Positions 51,991-64,000 of a stretch of DNA of 64,000 nucleotides are shown in pieces (the stretch's first letter is position 1; each line of letters opens with the position of its first letter). Where the stretch lies: NCBI GenBank assembly GCA_964304625.1, contig OZ199838.1:4177154-4241153 (forward strand), given 5' to 3'. Position numbers and translations under genes: made by a program. The DNA is from Kudoa neothunni. Its lineage: Eukaryota; Animalia; Cnidaria. The notes below the pieces were generated by a model. It worked only from the letters and a program-made list of their open reading frames with translations. It was not told the origin of the DNA and did no database searches.

Positions 51991-53656
51991 TACGTGCCTC
52001 TTGTTTTTTGAAAAAGCAGGAACTTGCTTTTCACGGGATAATGAACAAAAGTTATCATTAAATCGTTGCGATTATGTGGAGATTCTAAATTACACTGCTA
52101 TGTTTGATGAAAAATTGGCACGGCGTCTCCAGAATTCTTCTGTTTTCTCTGGCCTTTCTAATTACACACAATGATTTGATTGAAGCTGTGGGTTTCGTCA
52201 TAGAGAACAATATTAAAGATGAAATGAAACGAGCTCCATTCGTTGCTGTTGAAGTTGACGAGACGACGGATATCTCAGGAAAAGCTCAATGTGCAATAAT
52301 ATTCCAATATGTGGTAGAATCTGAGATAAAAGTTTTTGTTGGATTCAACCTTCTCAATGACTGAAGAGCTGAAGGCGTTACACAGTGTATATTCACTTAA
52401 TTAGAGAAATACAATTGTATTGACAAATTGGTAGCACAAACATATGATGGAGCAGCGGTGATGGCATTTCATTTAAACGGAGTCCGAGTTAAAATGCGAG
52501 AAAAGGTTCCATCGGCATTGTTTACACATTGTTAAGCCCATAAATTGAATTTGGTTTTGTCGCAATCAGCAGAATTTATCCCAGAATGCTCTTCATTTTT
52601 TATGGCCAGCGAAGGACTTTCATCTTTTTTCAAACATTCAACAATGCGAACACAATTCTTTTGTGGAATTGTAAGAAAACGCATCCCCCGGTCATTTCCT
52701 ACGAGATGGAGCTCAAACACAAAATTAATTCAAATTATTTTAAATTATCGTGATGCTCTCTGTGAGTTATATCAAAAAATAACACTCGAGCCATTGTTGT
52801 GGGATTCTGATACTATTGTAAAAAGTCAAGGATTCTACGACTGGCTCATAGGAGAAAAAACATTTTTTTAATGGTTTACAACAAGATATTTACCAAAACC
52901 GATAATCTATTCAATGTTCCGCAGACAAAACTCGTCGATATAAAATACTGTATAAAAGAAATTGACGATACCATAAATTTTCTGTAAGATCTTAAAAATA
53001 ATTTTGAGGAATTCTATGTGTATTTTGAAGAACTACGCAATAAAAAAAATCAAATGAAACAAAAATGTCGTCATGGAAGTTCTAAAGATGGAAGAAACGA
53101 GCTGTTCAACAAAATATTATCAACTATAATAGAAAGTATAAAGCTAAGATTCAAGGGAATCGGCACTTTGAATTTTATCTGTCTGCTGGATGGTAGTGAA
53201 CATCAAAATTTGTGGAAGGAAATCAATGAGGAGGCTTTTGATTGTTTAATGAAAAATTATGACGATTTTTTTGATGATTTTAGATTAAAATGTGATTTGG
53301 CTGAAATAAAAAATTCATAACTACTCCAAAACCTCACCATTAAAGAGCTTCTTCGATGTATTGTGGAAAATTAATTGGAACGAACGTTTCCTTAAGTTGT
53401 TAGATTGCTCCAACTAATAATGACGATCCCTGCAACGTATTGCTCAGTGGGAAAATCATTTTCAACGTTAAAAAGAATCAAGGTACATACACGTAATAAA
53501 ATTGGAAACCAACGACTTTTATTTCTTGCTCTTATATCTATTGAAAAGGAACGATTAAAGATATTGCAGGATGATCCCACCTTCAACTTCTACGAGAAAG
53601 TGATAGATATTTTTGCTACCATGAAAGAAAGAAGGATGGATTTTATTTATAAATAA
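51991..53656 (+). pseudogene. hAT transposase (ZMYM1/Tip100-like) pseudogene, 5'-truncated at the piggyBac
   Basis: KQELAF.G, SVFSGLSN..QNDLI, VEVDETTDIS, AQTYDGAAVM, HC.AHKLNLVL, PTRWSS and a hATC domain IPATYCSVGKSFSTLKRIK. Many stops. Confidence 0.88.
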
Positions 53657-54133
53657 AATTTTAAGTTATTAATTTTTCAATATTTTTGTGATTTTGAATT
53701 TTGGGACCCTTATTGTTTTCTTATGAATGATAATTCTTCAAATTGTTAATTACGAATTAAGGTCTTTAGTTTAAATTTGTTATAACATTTTCTATATAAT
53801 AGAGCAAATGGAATGATCAAATCTTATTTTACATTGTGATCATTGTTAATAATGAATCGTTATAGATGTTTTAGATAATATAATTCGATGAAATAATATT
53901 TTTTCCAAATATTGAATTTTATTGATCATTTTTTTATTTATGTATATTTAGAATTTGATTCATCTTTAAATATTATTGTTACGATTAAATTCGTAAATAT
54001 TTCGAGGTGAAGACGAATTAGCCTAGGTAAATTTTCTAATGGTATTTTTCTACCCAGAGGTTTAATTAAAATAATTCATGAAAACAATGTTTCGGATTTA
54101 AAAAATAGATATCAGATTTTTTAATAGAATCAA

Positions 54134-57100
54134 GGCAGTGTCTATTTTGCTGGACGCACTTTTTCTCTTAAAATAATAATCAATCGCTACAATTTTTTCT
54201 AAAAAACATCTTTTATAAATGCAGAATATATATTTAGTTTCATTAATTCAAGGACGAATTTTTACATAGCTAATTTGTATCCATAATATCCAATTGAAAA
54301 CACAGTAAAGTAAAATTATTTGGCCAATTCGTATTTTGAATTTTTATAATTAGATAAATATTTTTAGCAGATGATTGATACACCACTAAACTTTAATAAA
54401 ATGTTTAATATTCTATTTTTAAATAATAAATATGTGAAATTATCTTGTATTGCAACGCCAAATAATTGGGACTGTTTAACTTCCACATAAAATTATATTT
54501 GAATACTATACAGCGATACTGTTGTTATTATTACTATCATCATTTTCTTTTTTTCTCAAACCCATAACTGTTTGTAATACACCTTTTGGTCTACCTCTCA
54601 ATTTCACTACTGTTGGCAGTTTAATTCTTATAATTTTATGAATTTAGCAAAATGGACAAAAGATACACACCTTTAAAGATGGATTTTTAGTTGTGGTATT
54701 ATCTACAATATTCAGAATCTCTATATCAGTTATTGATGATGGGACATTATCATTAACTGCTTCTAGTATATCCTCATTATCTATTCGTGATTCCTCAGTA
54801 GCTAAACACAAAATAAAAATTTTACTAAAGACACTATCATTACATGTTACATGTTGGGATTGAAATCTTTTGATTGTTTTCGATGACAGATTCAGACATT
54901 AACTTGAACGAAATCAAGTTGATATATGGATAGTGGAAAAAATAGTCACCTTATCCAGAGAATCCCCATTGGAAATAAGAGACTTTAATTCACCTAAAAT
55001 CTTGTTTAATTAATCATATTGACTCCCTCTTTTTCGGACCCTAGCGAAGCTACTTTCTTACAAAGAATTTCTAGCTCCCCGTATCACTTAAAAGCAGAAT
55101 TCGGAACGGGGCACTGACTCGAAATGTCTGTAATACTTGGTTGCACACAACACTGAGGATTTTGAAGATCTATATTTTTTGTCATTTGAATAAATGATAG
55201 GTAATAATTCTTGTGCCACCTTTTATTACAAATTTTCTCTTCATATAAATTCACGTTCATTTTTTTTCTAGCATAAATATGTCTACATAGTAATTCCATA
55301 CTTAAGTAGAAAAAACATGTACAACTATTGGGATCAGGATTGGCATAGGGTTCGATATGATTATTTATTTCATCCCGCATAATATTATTAGCATATGAAG
55401 TTAACAATGTTTTATATCGTTCGTTAATGTCTGAATTTAATTTCTCAACAGTTTGGGTTGTCCACTCTCTAACTGCTTTACTCTCACGCTCAGTCCTCAT
55501 ACTTGATAAATAAATAAGCAGATCGCTGAAAAAGACTTCAATTGTTGAGAATTTTTTTATGATTTGTTTAATTTTGGAATTTATGCATTCTAACCTATTA
55601 TTAGTACTGTTTAAAAAAGTACCCTTTAGGTTCATGTATGCCGGGCACCATTTATGTTTGATTGGATCCCAAGATTTATTATAATAAGTAATGATTTTTT
55701 GTTACATGTCTTATTTAACAATTCATGGTAATTTTCATAAATTTTTGGATCATCGGTATAACAAAGCTTTTGGATCAACTCTAAGGCAGTTTTTCTTTCA
55801 GCTTTGTTTATTCCCATTCTTAATGTAGAGATTTCTCTCCCAAATGCTCTTATGATATGGTACAGGCATAAGTTTATACTTACGTTAGGAAATACAGATC
55901 TTATAGAGTTTCTTTCAATCACGTCTTTATCCGTAATGGAACAAACTGTTTTGGTTGACATTTCCTCATTATGTTATAGTAGAGATTGACATAACCTGGT
56001 AAAAGTCACGGTACTCTCCTCAGATAAAAGAGCAAAAGCTCCTATTTGACTTTACCCAAAGAAATCAATAAACAGACATATGTACAATGGCATACGATTA
56101 TTAGTTATTTTATAAGTGGTATCCATAAATACTAGTTCGGGAAATTTTTTAATTTTTCATATAATGGTCTTGGAAAAATATTCCAGTCATTTCATTGAAA
56201 TTATTGTGCAATATTTCGATAGTTGCATTTGGTTGGGAATTTTTTATTGAATTAAACAATTCCGAAATATCCGACGAAACATTTTTTTTAGTGTTTGGAT
56301 ATAATTATGGATTTGCTTCAACGAGACCTTTTTTTGTGATTGGTTCATGATTTCTACTTGTACTATTTTTAAATTTCCATCATAAAAATGAACATTTTTT
56401 ATAAGATTCTTGCTTTCTTCATCTAATTTTCTATTCATTGGAAAAAATCCCTAAAATGCTCATTTCTGTTGCAGCTATAAGATCCAATTTTCTAATAACT
56501 AACTTAAACGCTAAGAAAGGCTCCACTAGGTAATGACAACAACACAACACTATCCGAGAATTCCGGCCGCCTAACGGCAACGTATATTTGTTATTATGTA
56601 ACAAAGGATTAATAATGTTAATCCATGTTACACTAACATGTTCATGTTTTTAGGAACTCGCAGTGTAATGAAGAAATTGATGCCGCTTTTACAGCCGTTG
56701 ACTTTTCTCTTCCCAGCACTTTTAGATTGTATCTGAGTTCAAATTAATTACATCAATATGTATATAGATAATTACATTTTTACCACCATGAACACAACAA
56801 AAAGTGGCTTCATAATAAAAAAGATCAGAGTTTATGTCTCTATCAAATTTTTTAGGGCAATTGAGATTTTTCTAGAGTGTGACGGATTTGCATATGTTAT
56901 TTAACATATGCAGCATAATAAACAATAGATTATCCCTTTAAGCGGTATTTATCTGGTATCATTATAAACAGTGTGTTTTTCTACAGCGCTACATTAAATT
57001 AATAACAAGAGTCTCGGATCCAGTATCAAAAGTTGTTCCGCTTTGAGTACTTATCCATGAATTCTTTAGTCTTTTCAGTTTGTAAATGCATTTCCGACCT

Positions 57101-57470
57101 TAGGTTCAGATGTCATATCCTGAATTAGTAGTGTTTGATCAGACTCTCCTTCCATAGTGATTCTACTCGCGATTATCAACGTTACAACCGCACGCAAGAG
57201 GGTATTTTACTCGTATAGGGTGCAGTAACACATAAAATTAGATCAAATACGAAAATATTATGGATTTATAAAAAATTTAATGTCATTATAATGATACTTA
57301 TGAATGAGTTTAAAATATCCTCGATATATTTTGATGCCTAATTGTTAACTAAAAGATAAATGAAACTAAATTTATATTCTGCATTTATAAACAATATTTG
57401 TTAATAAAAATTGTAGCGATTAAATTATTAATTTAGGAGAAAAAGCGCGTCCGGCAAAGTAGACACAACC
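54134..57470 (-). mobile_element. Mutator/MULE (ZSWIM3-like) transposon, decayed
   Basis: ~110-bp TIRs and a perfect 9-bp TSD TAGAATCAA (54125-54133, 57471-57479). Fragments MDTTYK, ITDKD, LCLYH, TNNRLECIN and a SWIM finger CTC..MELLCRH. Confidence 0.92.
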
Positions 57471-59705
57471 TAGAATCAAAGATGAGGACCTCATATTGCA
57501 TCACTTACCTCATTTATTTTAAAATAATTTAGTTTAAGAATTTACAAAAAGTTAACTAAAATTTTTTGTACGGCTTCAAAACTCACGGTAATTTAATAAC
57601 GAGGTAAAATCGTTGAGTGCTTACCTCAAGCAAATATTCACGCCGCGTGCCTGATATACATGTACATGTACATATATATATATATAGATTTTCATATAAT
57701 GGCCATTGCTTTTTGCATTTTTATGATATTAACCATCAATAAAAATTAGCGATATCGACTTCAAAGTACGTCATACTACCTAATTATCTCATCATTATCC
57801 GTGTCACGCCAATACTTAGGATTTTCAACGTCCCACGAAAGTGGGTCATTAAACGTTCAAAAATTTCTGTCCCACAAAAATTTTTTTACGCCACTCATTG
57901 GGAAACATTGTTATAAATAGATTTTAAGAATTATTTTTGAACTTTTTAATTACAAACTTCTCGTGCGCGCTTTGAATGATTTATATCGCCAGAGAAATCT
58001 TTGTCGAGATTTTTACTTTTCTAAAAAATATGCTATTAATGCTCAAGGATTCAATTCAACTAATGATTACCCAAATGAATTGAATGATTAAGATTAGTGC
58101 ACATACCTGCCACATCACCGAAAAAGGGGAAAACAAAGTATATTTATATGAGTCTCACAGTTAAGCAGTATAGGTGCGATAAATTTAACAAACGGTAAGA
58201 AGAAAAGGTACTATAACTTCGCAAAAATAAGACTTGATAGATTATCTATATCACAGCTGCATTTCGCAATATTTTGGAGTTTAGGTGAAGACGGAGTAAA
58301 AATAAAATAGCTTAAAAATCAAATAATAGATGAAAAAAATTATAAATATTGTATTTGGACGGAATGTTTAATCAAAAAAACTAATTGTCGCTAATACTTG
58401 CCAATTATCTGTGGTTAATAAAGCGACAAATTCAATTTGAAGTTAAAAAAGAAACTAACAATTGAATCTTTATTAATAATATAATTAGTCTGTTATAATG
58501 ACCTTTTAGTCTTTCTATTAGAGTTTACCTGATAATTATCAGCATCAAAAACCTTTCGTCATCGATCGGATTTTTGAATTTTCGTCGCGCCGTGTAGGAT
58601 GTTCGGATCACTGGTTACCTATTGTAATTGAGTTACCTCTATTAATTTGTGTTTGAATTCTTATTATTAATTATTTTAGTAGTTATGTATATGCGTTAAC
58701 ACACAAACGATTGGATATCCACATCTAATTATTCTCATATGCATTGTGGACAGTAATCATGTAGAGTAATCCATTATTTAACATTGGCAGCTGAACCGTT
58801 AAAGCATTTAAGGATTACGCGTGAGTGGGCAGCATCTGCCAGTCCAATGTTTCATATAGGCTGGTTTGACAAGCTTGTTTGTCTGATGACTACATGGTAT
58901 GCTATGATCATTATACTATGTATCTGTGTTTTCAGAATTTTATATGTACTGTCCACAACCAAAGATTTATAAAGTCACCTCAAGCTGTTCTTATAGAACC
59001 ACACCTTTAAACTTTTTCCGAATTGATTTCGAGTAAGTTTGTTTTGAGTGCAACGCGCCCTCACCTAATGATAGTGTACAATCAATTAACTTGCATGATA
59101 CAGAATAATAAGTCGCATGTTCTGCAGCATTGGTTCACCCACAAACATTCAATATATTACTTCAATGACGTGACTTTCAGCTCGAATTGTTAATGTTTTT
59201 TCCGCGAAAGAGAAGGTTTGGCGAAATGGTATATTTACTATTGCATTCATCATAGTTTTTAATAATTACTTCTTTCCTTTGGTGAACAAATATTCATAGT
59301 AATTGTGACCTAATTTCCATCCAATTGTCTCTAAAAATTTTAATTAGAAATTTTGTGTTGCTCCAAATTTGTTAATTGATTGTAATTTGTGGTTAAAACA
59401 AATATGTGAGATTGATAGAGATTATTTGTGTTGGATTGGTAATGCGTTTTTAGCTCTTTTAAAGTATTACTTTTTCATGTTCATTTCTGTTTTTTTTGTT
59501 TACTTGAAGTTTCATAAAACCATCGAACATTCAAAGACGTCCCTATACCTTTTTCAATTAAAAGAACAGCTAAAAATTCAACTTTGAAAGATTTCAACAG
59601 TGTTATTCATGTGACTCGGTGTACAGTTTCATTTTTTAGCTAATTCTTTAATAATAGTTTCTTGTAATTTTGACAAACTTATTAAAATTATTGTTGGCCC
59701 TATTT

Positions 59706-61200
59706 CACCTTCCGATTTTTCGCCGGTACCGAAATGTCTGACATATCTGTGATTTTATCAAAAAGGAATAAAGAAATGATTTTATATATAATTATGATTC
59801 ATGAACAAAAAAGGGACTTAGTTGGAGATGTCGTAACCGAGGATGTTGCGGTAGAATATATACATGTATTGAGAAAAAAACGTGATTGATGAGATTGATC
59901 ACACTCACGAAAATAATAATGAGATTACCAATTTGAAAATTCGCGAAAAGATCAGACATCAAGCAATTACTACTCCATTACCACCTTCTGATATCATCAT
60001 CAAGGCCTTCGAAAATGAAAACCTGGATGAGATTAAAATGATCAACAAATACGAAAGTGTCTCCTATTCAATAACTAAAATTAGGCGGCAAATGGGTATT
60101 AAGCCTATCTCTAAATATGACGATATTCCAGAAAATTTAAAGAAAACACTCTGTGGTCAGCAGTTTTTGCATTTCGATAGTGGTATTGGTTCTACTGATA
60201 GAATCTTAGTATTTTACCATCCTAAAATAATCGAAATTTTGAATAAATCTTTGGTATGGTATGGTGATGGTACTTTTTGGATTGTGTCCCGAGACTTTTA
60301 CCAACTTTTTACATTACACACACAAATAGGAGCACATGTATCACCGATAGTTTTTTGCTTGATGCAAAACAAAAAATATGAAACATATTCTACTTTTTTC
60401 AAAAGGATTTATGATAAAGTTGGTCCCTATGAACCCAAATATTTTTTCTGTGATTTTGAAGTAGCAATTAGGAAATCGTTTAATGAGGTTTTTAAGAAAA
60501 CTGAAATTAAGCACTGCCATTTCCACTTCGCCCAAACAATATGGAGAAAAATACAAAATGTAGACCTGGCAAGTCATTATAAGCAATCGAAGATCCTAAA
60601 TCCTACATAAAATCAATAATATTATTATGTTACGTTCCAGAATGTGATGTCGTCAGGATGTACGAACTCTTAAAGGATACATTCAAGAATAAACTGTGGT
60701 ATTAAAATTGATGAATTCGAAAAATTTTTAGAAAAGGAGTATATTTACAAAAAAATTAATACAAGCACTGGATTGGTATCATACACGAAATTTTGGTCTG
60801 TACATGACCCTGTTCTTGGGGGGTATGGTTCCACAAATAATGCACTAAAAGCTTGGCACGGTTCTTTGAAAAGAAAGACTCACTCAGCACATCCTAATCT
60901 AGGGAAATTCATAACGCTATTACAAAAAAAGTGAGAAAAACGCAAATAAAAACAAATAATCCAAGAAGTATCACAAATTTATCGACTAGAAAATGTCTAA
61001 TAAGCGAAATTGTCAGAAATTACAACTTATATGATGGGCTTTCATATCTTGAAAGTTTAAGCATGTATTTTGGATTTAATTTTGACCAATAAATATCAAT
61101 TTAATATTGATACTTCTTTTAAAACTATTATTTTCCTCTATTACAGTCTACTTTTTGTGGCATGCGTGCGCACTTTTGCCGGCGAAAAAACGGATAGCCG
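59706..61200 (+). mobile_element. Mutator/MULE (FLYWCH-type) transposon, decayed
   Basis: Short TIRs (TCCGATTTTTTCGCCGG and CCGGCGAAAAAACGGA) with flanks ccctattt/tcctattt. ORF 59882-60610 has WYGDGTF, YQLFTLH, CDFE and CHFHFAQ; WRCRNRGC lies upstream and TNNAL.AWH downstream. Confidence 0.85.
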
Positions 61201-61623
61201 TCCTATTTAATGATATTTTTTGTTTAATTATAAACAATTCCTTCATAAGTTCTTTTGCCTAATATGTCATTCTATTTTATTATTTGATGAATAGCAGATT
61301 TATATGGTTTATCCGTTCATATGTCCTTAATAATGATTTTATTATGATCCTTATTTTATTTATTACTAGGGCAAAAGCCCTGCTTCACTTGAGCTTTCTT
61401 GCCCAACCCAAGTAGGTTAAAGCCTTGAGTAGGCCAAGGTCATCTTAAATTCGAACTAAATTAAGAGTATTTGGATAAATAGTACACCGATTACACAAAT
61501 AAAGGTTGATTTATTCAACTATTAACACTAAAACCCAGCGTTGCTCAGGTTGTAAGCAAATTTATTAAAACGCCTGCAAATAAATTTTCACGATATTGAA
61601 TTAAAAAATATTTTATTTATATA

Positions 61624-62388
61624 CTAGCGCAAAAACCCCTCTTCGCTTGGGTTTCCTTGCCCGACCACGCTGACTAAAGCTGTGAGTAGGCCAAGGTCAT
61701 TTTATGTTAAGATTTAATTATAATTATTTTATTGTCCTTTCTGTAACAGTCTTGATCGAAATAAACAGCAATAACCCGATCACCTTCACTTTATTTTCAT
61801 TTAGAAATCATAAGCTCTTACAACTCGTGGCGTATTAATCACTTTAACGAACCCGTCGATGAGCTAACTAGTCTAAAAGTTTGTTAACAATGTTACATTA
61901 AATTATAACGTGCTAAAATTATTATATGTTTATTTAAAAAACATTAAAAACTTTTTAACTTTAACCAAACGTGGAAAGTAAATAATTTATTCACGCGTAT
62001 TAATCTCCCGTTTAAACAATAAATGTTCGTGTGCACCGAAACCCCGCCTACGCAAGAACCAGTGTTGTAATTCGTCTTAAGTACGTTCAAAAGTAGAAAA
62101 GAATGAAATTTCAAAGTTTCAGTTGTATTTAAATACAGAAAATTAAAATCATCTACCCATATCATTGAGCGTTATAACAAATCATGTGCAGCGCTGATCT
62201 GTTTGAAAAAAGTTTACACTACAAATTAACCACTTTATTAGAAAGTAGACAATCCCGTTGTATTTTTGTAGTTAATTTTGGATTTTTTAAAGTATAAAAA
62301 GAAACTCAAATAGTCTAAAAAGTTTCTGTATAAGGAGAAGATTTGTGCGTACACACACAGACATGACTACTTTGTATATTAGGATAGA
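61624..62388 (-). mobile_element. Non-autonomous Helitron, with an extra 3'-end copy at 61366-61443
   Basis: Minus strand: A|TCTATCCTAATATACAAAG...GTCTGTGTGTG start; 3' hairpin AAACCC...GGGTTT followed by CTAG|T. The ~78-bp 3' end is duplicated at 61366. Confidence 0.65.
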
Positions 62389-62437
62389 TATTATAAAACC
62401 AAAAATAGAAAAATTTAGATTCTGAAAACTATATTAA

Positions 62438-62683
62438 CCCTCAAAGGATAACCTTTGGCTCCATGTGCCCACCTTTCTATTCTTTTGTTTATAAATTTCG
62501 TTGTTTAGCATGTTATATTTTGTGCATATTCGTCAGGATTTCATCTACATTAAAAAAAGCATATCTACCGACCGACATAATAAAATTAGATAAAGGTTTG
62601 GCGAAATTACACAAAATATTCCAGGTGTTATAACAAAATAATAAGAAGGTGGATGCGCGAATCCAATGGTTAGCCGTTAAGGG
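62438..62683. mobile_element. piggyBac-type MITE
   Basis: TTAA on both sides and ~38-bp imperfect TIRs beginning CCCT. Confidence 0.8.
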
Positions 62684-62959
62684 TTAATCGATTAACAGTT
62701 TCCGATTGTTGATTAGGTGAATAGATTAACCATAGATAATCCGGTTATTGCGTAAGTTAATCTGCTCTCAAAATGTATACATCTAAAATAACCACTAATT
62801 TAATGAATATTATAATTATTTTATTTTTTAAATCCTAAATACATTTTTATAAGTATCACCAGCTGGAAAAAAGTTTAAAAAAGTCTTTGTATAATAATAT
62901 AATTTACACTCACACACAAGGAAACTACTACTTTATATATTAGGAGATAGATATAGATA

Positions 62960-64000
62960 ACTAATTGACGGAGGTGGAGATGTGCTGCTATTACTTTCCC
63001 TAGTATAGTTAATGGTATTAATACGCAATGGATTTGATTTATTATTCTTAGCTGAAGTATTAATTTTAGTTTGCGATTCATTTCACAAAATGTCTTTATT
63101 AATATTATTAACTTGTTCAAATGGTTGTGGTATGGTATTTAAATTGGTTAATATATTACTATCTGAATTAGTACTTAGATTAACTGATTCTATGTGCAAA
63201 ATGTTACCATCTGACGTTGGATCCGTTGAATTAAAATTACTGGTTAAATTATTGCTATTATCATTCCGATTATCATCAGTAATAATGTTAGGTTGAAAAT
63301 TATTAAGAGTTGTGCCATGCGCTTTAAACTCGATATTTCCGTCAACATTGGCCTTACTGTTTGTATCACTTAAATGTCCATTATCAGCATTGATATCGCT
63401 AGTTGAGCAAACAGTAATATTAGCATTAGATTTAACATTGTGATTTGACACAGGATTAAGATGAATGTGGTCATTATTAAGGTTGTTATCAGAAATTTCC
63501 AAATTTATTTTAGCCTTAGAACCAATGTTAATGTTGTTACTATGTTTATTGGATTCAAAAGAATTAGAAGTAAACGAAGGGCTAGGATTAATTAAAGAAT
63601 TAATAATAGAAAAGATGAGTCAGTCACACTGGACTGGTTAACTCGATATAACCGATCATAGTCGGGGTCGGCTGCGCTGTCATTTAAAGCGCGTTTAAGG
63701 TTAGGGTTAGCGACCAATGAAATTGAAGTTGATACGTAACTACTTTGACCATATTGTTTAGATGATTGCTTAGTATTAGAGTTGTTATAACTATCGATAG
63801 AATTTTCCCCCACTTAAGTGTTACGTGGGTCATTCGCGATGGTATCAGCATAATATGTGGTTGAATTGTTAGTTTTTATGCCTGCTTTAGAATGGAACGA
63901 TATCGCAACAGTATCGTATTCATCACTGTGAGATGAAGAAATACTTCCAGTGTTTTGTTTACAGGTGATGTATTCGCATACTCGTTCGCACTTGAGCTTA
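62960..64000 (-). pseudogene. Disrupted Asn/Ser-rich reading frame of unknown origin, entering from beyond the window edge
   Basis: Same-composition coding sequence continues across in-frame stops (63814-63816, 63083-63085) and a frameshift (~63600). It ends at a Helitron-like 5' terminus near 62955. Confidence 0.45.

Noticed and set aside
58780-59620. Possible hAT remnant on the minus strand (RQ.LLFRG-like)
   Set aside because: Too degraded to delimit or call with confidence.
63083-63816. Alternative genetic code or stop readthrough
   Set aside because: All five host genes end in TAA and have no internal stops, and the frame also contains a frameshift.

Overview
AT-rich eukaryotic genomic DNA, probably from a fast-evolving metazoan parasite (myxozoan-like is an inference only). 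It holds five intact, spliced host genes whose introns are mostly 39-100 nt: SPT4 (-), set head-to-head with a ~3015-aa Domino/p400/SRCAP-family SWR1-type remodeller (+, 7 exons), then coronin (-), a WASP/N-WASP homologue (-, 11 exons) and an unusually divergent CFAP20/BUG22 (-, 5 exons). Much of the rest is decayed, often nested DNA transposons (Mutator/MULE, Tigger/pogo, piggyBac, hAT, Helitron and their MITEs); many can be delimited by TIRs and TSDs, and no transposase is intact. Main leads: the divergent CFAP20; a possible DOM-A/DOM-B-like alternative acceptor in Domino; substitutions at functionally critical residues in coronin and WASP; a MITE family with a conserved internal hairpin; a possible 5' overlap between SPT4 and Domino; and CpG-type decay in TIRs. 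Gene models were spliced by hand, and protein identifications rest on remembered family motifs, not database searches.
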